DNA from: Wallemia ichthyophaga EXF-994
Lineage: Eukaryota; Fungi; Basidiomycota
Direction: 5' to 3'
Assembly (NCBI RefSeq): GCF_000400465.1
Contig: NW_008806276.1
Coordinates: 120,001-152,000 of the forward strand
Length of the DNA stretch: 32,000 bases
Positions 1-8,716 of this stretch are shown in pieces; the stretch's first letter is position 1, and every line of letters starts with the position of its first letter. The notes beneath the pieces were generated by a model. It had not been told where the DNA came from. It saw only the letters and a list, made by a program, of their open reading frames with translations, and did not search any database. A program made the position numbers and the translations under genes.

Positions 1-456
1 GCTGAGCTTACCGGAGAAGAGGGAAGAGGAAGAGGAGAGGGAGGAGAGGGATGACTGTAATGACTGTGATGATTGTAGAGAATGCGTAGACTGCGATGAC
101 TGCGATGACTGCGACGAATCCAATGACTGTGAGCTGATAGAACTCTGTGTGCTCTGAGAACTAACGCTGCTAACGCTGCTAACACTGCTAACACTACTAG
201 CGCTACTAGCACTGCTAACACCGCTCTGTATCGATAAGCTGCTGACGCCCCCACCAATCATCGTAGTTCTACCGTCCGTCGCTGCATCTGGAGAAGCGAA
301 AGTAGGTGCTGGGCTCTGAGTACTTAAGATGATTGTTCCGGTGCCGTCGCCGCCAGCACCATCGTCACCACCATCAAACCACAAATCCCTCTTATTCGTA
401 CGCATCAAACGCCTCGGGTTCCTCGTCAGTGAGGGTATAGAATGTGCATCTGACAT
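1..456 (-). CDS. 5' part of a Ser-rich low-complexity protein, running off the left edge of the window
   Basis: ATG at 456 in ACCATG context. The frame is open to base 1: MSDAHSIPSLTRNPRRLMRTNKRDLWFDGG...SSASSASSVSSVSSVSSVSSQSTQSS...SSQSSQSSQ...SLSSLSSSSSLFS. It is absent from the ORF track, presumably because it has no stop in the window. Confidence 0.7.
   Translation of the reverse strand, partial: MSDAHSIPSLTRNPRRLMRTNKRDLWFDGGDDGAGGDGTGTIILSTQSPAPTFASPDAATDGRTTMIGGGVSSLSIQSGVSSASSASSVSSVSSVSSVSSQSTQSSISSQSLDSSQSSQSSQSTHSLQSSQSLQSSLSSLSSSSSLFSGKLS
50..220. repeat. Imperfect 9-bp coding tandem repeats (GACTGCGAT-like and TGCTAACAC/G-like units) encoding SSQ and SSV/SSA repeats on the minus strand
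   Basis: Seen directly: gactgcgat gactgcgat gactgcgac at ~90-117 and ctaacgctg ctaacgctg ctaacactg ctaacacta at ~160-196. Confidence 0.85.
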
Positions 457-641
457 GGTAATTGATAGCCGTGTCTAATTATTATTTGTTATTAAAATGA
501 GCGTGATTTGCTGTTTTCTATTTATCTTCCTCTTGGTTCTGAATCAGATGCACCTAGCAGTCGTCGATTCGCTAAAAATTATTTTGTAAATTATTTTCTA
601 TTTTATACAGCGCGCATTATCAACACTCATTACTCAGCTCA

Positions 642-2496
642 CTACACTACACTCCCTCCCTTAACCCACCTCATTCCCCCTTCCACCATCGTCACACTCC
701 CCGGCCTAAGCGCGTGCAGTGCCAACCTAGCTCCCACCTCTCCCACTGCCACCAAACACGCGATAACAATCAGCCATATGATTATTATCGTTATCCTGCT
801 CATTCCCTGCTCATTGACGTGTTCGTGAATGACTGTTTGCTTAATTAGTTTCTGCGATATTCCCCTAATGCTTACTTACTGTCTAACAAATCTCCCGCAA
901 CCGCTAACCGCTCATTCAGTGTCTGTACCCGCGCTCCTATTTCGAAATAATCCCTCCCCGCATCGTATAGCGCTTTGAGTCCAGCTTCTGACCAGAATAG
1001 CTCAGGTACATCGAGCACATTACTCACCAGATTAACATCCACACGCAATTTGAATAGCTTTCCTGTCAGTCGTATAGCCTGTCGACGATCGAGTGCTAAT
1101 GTCCCTGTCGCTGCCAGTTCCTTAGGTATAGTCGATGCACTATCTAGTACTCCCAGCGTCAATTCTTCAAACGCAGACAATTTCGTCGACTGCGCTAGAG
1201 CATGTGCCAATGACAGCTTCAAATAGTGCGAATTAGTCTTGAGAGTGAAGAAATCGTTCAATATCCTCGACGATGGTATGTTACTGTCTTGACCATAGTG
1301 ACATTGCTCCATCTCCCGACTATCTGGGTGCAGAGGTCGGACTACTACACCGGCATTCACCATGTCTTGCAATATATCCCGCTCTTGACTTTCTGTCATG
1401 TTGTAAAATACTGAAACTCCCTATCGCCCAGTTGTTAGCGTTGTTAGCTAACAGACTCACACTCCCAACTTACATAGTCAAAATGTATCACCTCCGCTAC
1501 CGTATCATTCACACTTTCCAGCTGCGTCTTCCATTTCCGTTTCGGTTTCGCTTTCTCTTTCTGAGTCTTTGTCTGTGTCTGCCTTCTCGACTCAGTGCTC
1601 TGCACATCGGCATCGTCGCGAGGTTCGTCCGTGTTGCTTTCTGGAATAGCTGCAACACTCGCACTACCATTCCCGCTCTCGTCCACACTGCCAGCAACGC
1701 CACCACCCTCGCGAATAAATCCATCGTCGTCAATCCTAGGGGGACTATTAGCGACGTCGTCGAAGGGGCGCTGGTGGCTATGATCCATCTCTGCTAGCTG
1801 GGGTAGCTCGTCTGCTTCCTCGTACATATCGATAATGCTGCCCCCGCCTGGGCTACGGGAGGGGTTGCTTGAACGAATACACGAAGCTGCGCTGTATCCT
1901 GGAAGCAAGGGACGATGGTAGACTGTGTAGATAGCCTCATCGTACTGCCTCGCCCATGCATTGTGCTCCCGCTTGCTGTATGCCGCTAGACTGCGCATCT
2001 TGTACCGCTCCCCCACGGCGTATGCGGTGAGACGATTGTGCGACGCTCGCTCTCGCTCCTCCTTCCCCATTCGCTCAGCCAGCCTGAACCGCGCCGACGT
2101 TCGCTCTTCTTCTTCTTCTTGTTGCTGTTCGTGCGCTGTGGGTGGGCGGTGCATGTGGCTGCCGGATGTACTCTCTCCCCTCTCACTCTCGTACGGCAAC
2201 GCTCGCGTCTGTATCTCCCCCGGCAGGAATACGTGTTTTTGGGATAGCTTCGACGTACGCACTGGGAGTGACTGCTTCGGAGGTCCTCGTGGAGGTGTGC
2301 CGCGCCCGATGAATCCATCTGATTGGTATTGGGAGTGGTGTGGTTGGTTTGTTAGAGATGCTGATGCTGATAATGCTGATTGCGGCTTGCGTAGATCGTA
2401 CGCTGTCCTCGCTATGCCTGGCAGCGGAACCTTAGCACGCCGCGCGTGTGTGTGCGCTGTGTGCGCTGTTTGCGTTGATTCGTTCGAGCTGCTCAT
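642..2496 (-). CDS. RMD1/RMD8-family DUF155 protein with a C-terminal TM helix, ~584 aa, 3 exons (2496-1474, 1420-880, 832-642)
   Basis: Splicing introns 1421-1473 and 833-879 (both GTAAGT..AG) joins the ORFs into FDY|GVSVFYNM, LDVPELFWSE and RVQTLNERL..LLD|IIHEHV..RITIIIIWLIVI. These are the characteristic DUF155 motifs. The long insertion within the domain resembles RMD8. Confidence 0.85.
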
Positions 2497-2559
2497 GGAG
2501 GTAAAGGTACAAGAGAGATAGTGTATTTTACCATGAATTATAATCCATGCATTGTACAA

Positions 2560-3183
2560 TCAAAGATCCTTCTCGGCGCTGCTCCTGTACTCACTTCTAT
2601 CGCTATCGCTGACGTATTCGAAATCCTCACTGGATCTGGGGAAGTTTGTCAAGTCAGTATCGATAGCTGGAGTTGATTGAGTTGCACTAGTAGATTGAGG
2701 TATACCATTTGTACCACTGGCGCCTCTCAGCTGATCCCAGCGTGAGCTACCCGCGTTACTACCAATACCATGGCTACTACTGCCACCACTGTCACCACGA
2801 ACCGTCTCCACACTCCCGCCGCCAGCCATCCTCTGCGCCCGCTTTACATCGCTCTCCCTGCTGATTCTCGCCAGCGTCTGGAGAACGACGCGTGGATCTC
2901 TGCCTTCTTGATTGAAATGACTGGCGAAACTCATCGCACCGACGTACTGGCCGAGGAAAGTGCCACTCACTCCACCCGCAAATGCCGGTAACGCCCATCT
3001 GCGCTGGTACCGCCTAGCCAGGTAGAAGAGCGAGCCCGCACCAGCCACAGCGCCGAATCCAACGTATCTGAGAGTTGTCTGGAGTGAGTTGTTGAGCATA
3101 TCCAGACTGTGTGTTGTGTGAGGTGTGAGATTTGTGCAAGCGTCGAGCATTCGCTGGCTGCTCGGCTGCTCCCACCCACTCAT
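2560..3183 (-). CDS. Hypothetical 207-aa protein with two Gly/Ala-rich hydrophobic helices and a disordered C-tail; probable small membrane protein
   Basis: Single long ORF containing YVGFGAVAGAGSLFYLA and ALPAFAGGVSGTFLGQYVGAMSF. Family not recognised. Confidence 0.75.
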   Translation of the reverse strand: MSGWEQPSSQRMLDACTNLTPHTTHSLDMLNNSLQTTLRYVGFGAVAGAGSLFYLARRYQRRWALPAFAGGVSGTFLGQYVGAMSFASHFNQEGRDPRVVLQTLARISRESDVKRAQRMAGGGSVETVRGDSGGSSSHGIGSNAGSSRWDQLRGASGTNGIPQSTSATQSTPAIDTDLTNFPRSSEDFEYVSDSDRSEYRSSAEKDL

Positions 3184-3256
3184 TCGCCTTGAGCTCCCCT
3201 TTGCTTATGTACTCCTCTACTAGCTCCCTATCTAGCCTTGTTCTCCGTTAGCTTGG

Positions 3257-3574
3257 CTAATTTCCTTTCTCGTCCACCCACTGTATCACTTTCGGCATTT
3301 TTATCTTGAATGACGTCGCGAACAAAGCAGGAAACTGTCGAATCGTCGACCAACTTGTTAAAATTTGGGATAAAATTAAGTCGATTGGGGCTGGATCCTT
3401 AGCTTTTGCCTGTAGATTCTTGCTCATTATACCCACTCTCCATTGTCTGCTCGACCATTTTGAACATTGAAACACCGAATTAGCTTGAAAGACACAGTAC
3501 AATTTGTATAATTTAGCAGCACCATTATAATCATAGATTCTCAAGCAATCCAACTCTACCTTTATGTCAGCCAT
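3257..3574 (-). CDS. Possible orphan ORF or last exon (105 aa); may be non-coding
   Basis: Open frame in a 685-bp gap between two genes, with GCTGAC..AAG resembling a branch point and acceptor near its start. No recognisable domain, and I could not find an in-frame donor. Confidence 0.25.
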   Translation of the reverse strand: MADIKVELDCLRIYDYNGAAKLYKLYCVFQANSVFQCSKWSSRQWRVGIMSKNLQAKAKDPAPIDLILSQILTSWSTIRQFPALFATSFKIKMPKVIQWVDEKGN

Positions 3575-3867
3575 CCACCCAATTTCCAGACTTCAACTTG
3601 CACTTAGCAGTTATCAGGATTCTTGCCTTTTATCATCTTCAAATAAAAAGGCTTGATAAATTGCCCTGATCCGTATTTTTAAGACTATACTAAAATTAGT
3701 CCTCTTCGGTAGCAATTTCGCCCTGTATTCTCCTTTGCCGTTTATATCCGGCATCACTATAGAGCACCCACGTGAGCAGATAACCAAGAGAGAGAGATAC
3801 ACGCTCTCATTTAATGTATCATATACATTTCAACATACATGCCATTCCATATTTCTAATTCTAATTT

Positions 3868-4659
3868 CTAATCCAGTGCAAGATGTTCAAAAGCCTTGCC
3901 GAGTTTGTGTTGCAAGTCTAAAGCCGGTGTATTTTTCGCCTTCTCTTCCTGCTCCTCTTTAACTTGCTCGCCCTCCTCATCGCCTTCCAACATGAAAACG
4001 TCTGCACCAGCATCAACGAGTGCGTCTCTGAGGGTGTGCGGCATGACCTCATACTCATCAGGATAAGCGTTGAGGGTAGCGATAGGATCCAACAGCACCA
4101 CTGCGAGTTTTTTGTGTGGGTATTTCTCGCTGAAATGGCTGCATACTCTACTGGCAAAATTTTCAACAGCAACTGCATCCAAATCCTCCTGCTCATCGCA
4201 CAGCTTCTGCAAGTCTTCCTTCTCCTCGAGCTCCATAGCGAGTATATCGCTCACCTCGATCAGTTTCTCGTTGTATCTCACGAATGTCTTCTCGTCTTGG
4301 CTGTCTCTGTCTGCGTACATATCGATCAGCTCGTCGTGCGCTTTGCGAGCGGTACCACTGAGATGTGAGCGGAATTGTTGAGTGAATTGCTCAAAATGCA
4401 CTGCGTTCCTAAGGTCGGTGAGGGTGAACACTAGCTTGTCATGAACAGCTTCTCCAGTCACACCTACGTCTACCACCAACATCTTCTCTTCTTCGTCAAT
4501 ATGCGCTAGTAGAAACACATGCGTTGCCACCTCTTCTTCACTAAGCGACGAAAGCGGCTTGATCGAGTCACCCAAGTTGAGATCACTGAGGTTGCTGATA
4601 TCGCTCAGGTCGCTCAATTCCGAGGTACTTGAGGTGTTTTCGACGTCTTGTTTTGTCAT
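3868..4659 (-). CDS. Acidic hypothetical protein, ~263 aa from the likely ATG at 4659 (MTKQDVENTSS...)
   Basis: Long uninterrupted, strongly D/E-rich ORF. The ORF track extends it to 4737 using a non-ATG start. No family recognised. Confidence 0.75.
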   Translation of the reverse strand: MTKQDVENTSSTSELSDLSDISNLSDLNLGDSIKPLSSLSEEEVATHVFLLAHIDEEEKMLVVDVGVTGEAVHDKLVFTLTDLRNAVHFEQFTQQFRSHLSGTARKAHDELIDMYADRDSQDEKTFVRYNEKLIEVSDILAMELEEKEDLQKLCDEQEDLDAVAVENFASRVCSHFSEKYPHKKLAVVLLDPIATLNAYPDEYEVMPHTLRDALVDAGADVFMLEGDEEGEQVKEEQEEKAKNTPALDLQHKLGKAFEHLALD

Positions 4660-5500
4660 TGCGTGGTACAGCGAGAGAAGGCGAGAAGAGTGATTCGCGC
4701 ACAGATAAGGGACAGATGAACAGATGAGCTGATGCACAGACGCGCAGTTGCACAGCTAAAGAATACGCCTAACGCACACTGCATAAGTAGAGCGTGCCGT
4801 ACGTGCCGTGTGTCAAAGTAAATTGGAGTTACAATTATAGTAACATATTACATGTACATTCAAGTATGCATTACATTTCACACTACACGCACCCAGTAGA
4901 AAACGCAAGGCAACACCCATCATCACACCCGCCGCTCCGAACGAAATAAGCAACGAATGGCTCTGGATCGCTGAGCTGCTTCGTCTACCTAATCCTACGC
5001 TCAGCCGCTTCCTTCTTCTCCCTATCCCCCTCTACTGTATTACGCGCTTTTTCCTGCTTGGTTTCTCTTACCTGCCTCTTGAAGTTGTTGAGGATATCGT
5101 TGGGTGTCTATGGAGATTGGTGTGTGGGGAGTATCTTCAGTGCCATAGTTGAGAATTTTGTCGTCTACCACTTCTATCCTATCGCGACAGTCAATCATCG
5201 CCTAGAAATCGCCAGCTCGCTGCCAACTTACTTCAGTGGATGATGGTCTAGAAAGTAGCAAGGTCATTGGAATGTGTGTGGTGTGCAGAAGAGCGTATTT
5301 CAGGGATCTATCTCCACTATCTGCGTAAAGTGGGCGTTTATACCACTTCTAGCTGAATATTTTCACTTAAAGCTCATAAAACACGCTACGCATCACCGAA
5401 GCACCAACCATACACTCCCTGCAACGCACGCACTCTACCTACAAACCATTCACTCACAATCACCTCTCGATCCTCCTTCAAATAGTCACACATCACGCCC

Positions 5501-5767
5501 ATGTCCATGCCAGCGAAAGAGGAAATAAACGCGCCAACGCCAGGAGACATAAACCAAGTGCGAGAATGGCTGACAGAGCACAATTACACCACAGATCCAA
5601 TGCAAGCGGTGCAGGAATTGAAGGAGCTAGTAAACGCACACGCCAGGCAGACGAGTGAGGGACTGGAAGTGGAGGAAGGGTATTCGGAGGCTTTCACCAA
5701 GCTCAGCGCGCTCATCAATAGCTTCAGATTCGCTTTAGCGGAGGAACAGCGCAGACAAGAGCAGTAA
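5501..5767 (+). CDS. Small helical hypothetical protein (88 aa)
   Basis: ATG-initiated ORF preceded by a CA-rich leader like those upstream of other genes here. The sequence is amphipathic and protein-like (INQVREWLTEH, AVQELKELVN, AFTKLSALINSFRFAL). Confidence 0.6.
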   Translation: MSMPAKEEINAPTPGDINQVREWLTEHNYTTDPMQAVQELKELVNAHARQTSEGLEVEEGYSEAFTKLSALINSFRFALAEEQRRQEQ

Positions 5768-6111
5768 AGGTATATCTTCAATTGTAATCATGTATAAATC
5801 GTTAAATAGCCATTGATAGACCATCTCTAGCCCACCATTGGCTGTCTGCGTTGCCACCACTCCACCTCCTCAGTACCACTCCAATCTCACCAGGGAAAAG
5901 AGAAATAATGATAAAAATAAGCTAGGAATACAACTGAGCCTACAAACACCCTTCACACACCCTCCCATACTCTCCACGGTTTAAAATCAGATTTTCATTT
6001 CAATCGCATCTCAGCAGAATTGCTCGCCTTCTTCCCCCAGCGACCTTCAGCAAGTAAAGTGAGGAAATTGAATAAAACAACGAAACCAAGCTCACAGAAT
6101 ATTTAACCAGG

Positions 6112-6734
6112 ATGCCTCACTCATTTGGTCTCCGCGCTCGTACCCGTCACTGTGAGTATGGCTTACAAGTTTTATTAAATGGCTGATGGAATGAGCAAGT
6201 GTTCTCCCGTAACTTCAAGGGTGTGTGAGGTGTACCCAACTCGCTGCATAGTCTAACGTCCCTCAGAGCACGGTCCAATCCACCTTAAAACCTACCTCAC
6301 TCCATACAAGGTTGGTGACATTGTAGACATCAAGGCTAACCCAGGTGAGCAACGCGGTATGCCACACAAGTTCTACCACGGGTGAGTTTTCATTCAAGCC
6401 CAAGAAGGCGCCACTCATTCCTCCATACAGTCGCACCGGTATCGTATTCAACGTCGCTCCACGTGCCGTTGGTGTCATCGTCTACAAGATTATCCGCTCC
6501 CGCTACATCGAGAAGCGTGTCAACTTGCGTATTGAGCACGTCAAGCACTCCAAGTGTCGTGAGGAGTTCTTGAGACGCGTTAAGAGCAACAGACAAGCTC
6601 TCTCTGAGGCTAAGCAAAAGGGCGAGCGTGTCAACCTTAAGCGTTCACCAAAGCAACCACGTGAAGGTCAAATGCTCAAGTCAAAGACTACTCCAGAGAC
6701 CATCGCTCCTATCGCTTACGATACTTACATTTAA
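6112..6734 (+). CDS. RPL21: 60S ribosomal protein L21 (eL21), 159 aa, 4 exons (6112-6151, 6200-6220, 6267-6381, 6431-6734)
   Basis: Spliced translation [78 protein letters not shown] matches the eL21 consensus. Introns are 6152-6199, 6221-6266 and 6382-6430. Confidence 0.97.
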
Positions 6735-6867
6735 ACTCGAAGAGTCTTTGTATTTGGCACTATTCATTCAAAACACTTGCTTAAAAATTCTTGTGAAATT
6801 GTCTCAAACCAAGTATTCATTCGAATTTCTGATATTAGAATACCCAGCCTTAGAAATTGTCTGCACA

Positions 6868-6921
6868 CATACTGCTGATAAGCCTTTTGAATGCCCTCAC
6901 CCGAGCTGCGATAAACGTTTC
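6868..6921 (+). pseudogene. C2H2 zinc-finger fragment (linker plus first half of a finger), apparently an orphan exon or relic
   Basis: Translates to HTADKPFECPHPSCDKRF, matching the HTGEKPF-C-x4-C-xKxF pattern, followed by a GTAGGA possible donor. No ATG lies between the RPL21 stop and the motif, and I found no downstream exon with the His pair. Confidence 0.5.
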
Positions 6922-7046
6922 GTAGGAAAATAAATGTCTCAAAAAATATTCATTCATTTGAATTCTTGTTATATAAAGTTGATAAGGGTAATTGAATCAA
7001 TGAAATTGTATCATATGTTGAAATCCGCTGCATTCATTCAAACGTC

Positions 7047-7217
7047 TTAATAGACTGGTTGTCTTCCGATTCCAAAGAAGTTTTCCTCTGAGTTCTAAGT
7101 GGTGTCAGTGTGTGCTAAGCGCGCTCGGTGTGCCGGCTGTGTATTTCAAACACTCACAACTGGTACAGCGGTTACTGCTGCGAATGCTGCTGCTAAAGCT
7201 ACTAATTTGATTTGCAT
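7047..7217 (-). CDS. 35-aa secreted microprotein or peptide precursor, MQIKLVALAAAFAAVTAVPVNSEENFFGIGRQPVY, 2 exons (7217-7158, 7094-7047)
   Basis: Exon 1 encodes a textbook signal peptide (n-region K, poly-Ala h-region, V-T-A then VP). The phase-0 intron 7095-7157 has a GTGAGT donor, CTGAC branch point and TAG acceptor. A TATAA lies at 7270-7274 on the minus strand. Confidence 0.75.
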
Positions 7218-8244
7218 ATTTCAATTTAACTGTCGTCGTTCGTCTACAAGATGTGAGCCGAGCGAGCAGTTATAAGTGATCCGACACTTGAATGCAGTTA
7301 CAAATAAAATTAATATTCTGGAACGTATTCGATAGCAAGGCACATGAGACTGTACAGATTCACGCATTCTCCATTCACTCTCACTCCCCTCGCCTTACGA
7401 ATGAGTTAACGCGTTCCTGTCCCTGGAATGTCCAATGAGGACTAATTGAAGTGGGGCACGTAAAAAAGTGTCATTTTAAGCGTATTGAGCAATATTATAT
7501 ACGCGTTTATTGTGGTTGTTGGGATTTTCTGCGTGTATGCAGCTATCTACATAGCGCATACGGTGAGCAAATAGGAGGAGCGATTATCGCGCGCTAATCA
7601 AATAGCCTTTCAGTATCTCTCTTTTATTTCTTAGGGCGCATATCACACTCGCACTCGTGATATCACTGTCGGCGAAATGAAATGTAATCAATTAATAACG
7701 CTGGAGCTGTCATATACAGCGTGACTTACGCTAGGTCTATCATCTTGGAATTTGTTTGGCTTGTGGAGATTACTTAGATGAGGGAATTATGTGCACTACT
7801 CTCTGTGCCTTCTTTGGAATTAATTACGGGTAAATTTTGATCCAATTGATCCATTCTAAACCTAGTTGGCACGCCAAACATGGCTATACATTCTTAGTAT
7901 TTCAAATTGGCTGTCTAAAAACAGTACAGAATGCATATTGCATTTAACGCGTTGGTAAAATCCACGTGATTTATGTCACTTTGAATAATTCGAGCCGTTG
8001 TCTATGTCTGGGAATGTCTACAGTTTCCAACGATAAAGAGCATATAAGCCCAAGTCCAAGCCATACAGACAATAAGACTTTACCGGTAGTCCGTATAACC
8101 GGTAACGTGGGGTGCTGTACATTAACCCGGGTACGCTGCACACGGTAAATTATAATCTATACTCTAGCTGATGATGTGCCAACCACTGTGGCCACCTATA
8201 CCACAACACGTAGCACCTCCATCTCCTCTAATTCTCTCTCTCAC

Positions 8245-8565
8245 ATGATCTTGCAAAGCCTGCAGAGCAGAGCGGATGGACTATACCAGAAAGCGCACCA
8301 AACAATCCACCCACTGCACCTCTGTTTGGCTATTTTCAGCTGCTTACTTACGCTCATAGGAGTTTGCAGTTTGGTAGCGTGAGCAAATACAAAAACGCAC
8401 GCACACAGCTAAAGTCGTCTAATCAGTGATAAAGAGGACCTGCCAATAGGTCCACACTCATACAAGGCTGGGATCGTTGCACTCGTCGCTGCCGTCTTTC
8501 TTTGGTTCGGAAATAGTTATTTGGTTTATAATCATTACATTAGCAAGTTAAGAAGGGGTGTGTAG
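8245..8565 (+). CDS. 90-aa two-transmembrane-helix orphan protein, 2 exons (8245-8378, 8427-8565)
   Basis: Intron 8379-8426 (GTGAGC..CTAAT.CAG, 48 nt) joins the exons in frame: MILQSLQSRADGLYQKAHQTIHPLHLCLAIFSCLLTLIGVCSLVADKEDLPIGPHSYKAGIVALVAAVFLWFGNSYLVYNHYISKLRRGV. TATAAT at 8151-8156. Confidence 0.7.
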
Positions 8566-8716
8566 GTAAACCAGCTACTTCGATACCTCCAAAGCCTTTC
8601 TACGTCTCATTGATGTATTTTTTCATCCTCAAATTTTCTTCTAAACTAATCAAATCCCTTTTCTCGTCGTGGCTTTTCTGCATTTTGTTCGAATATTCTG
8701 AGCATTTGGCTGTGAT

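Noticed and set aside
508-828. 106-aa plus-strand ORF in the track
   Set aside because: Starts at a non-ATG codon and is antisense to the last exon of the DUF155 gene.
3614-3802. 62-aa ORF as an upstream exon for 3257-3574
   Set aside because: No donor/acceptor pair gave an in-frame join by manual inspection.
7061-7082. FFGIG-R read as an animal-style amidated neuropeptide (Gly-Arg amidation signal)
   Set aside because: The resemblance is superficial. Peptide alpha-amidation machinery is not established for fungi and a single Arg is weak evidence, so I did not use it as a functional claim.
8171-8248. 25-codon upstream ORF whose TGA overlaps the ATG of the two-TM gene
   Set aside because: Its ATG is only ~15 bp after the TATA box and so probably upstream of the transcription start. 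There is no other support.
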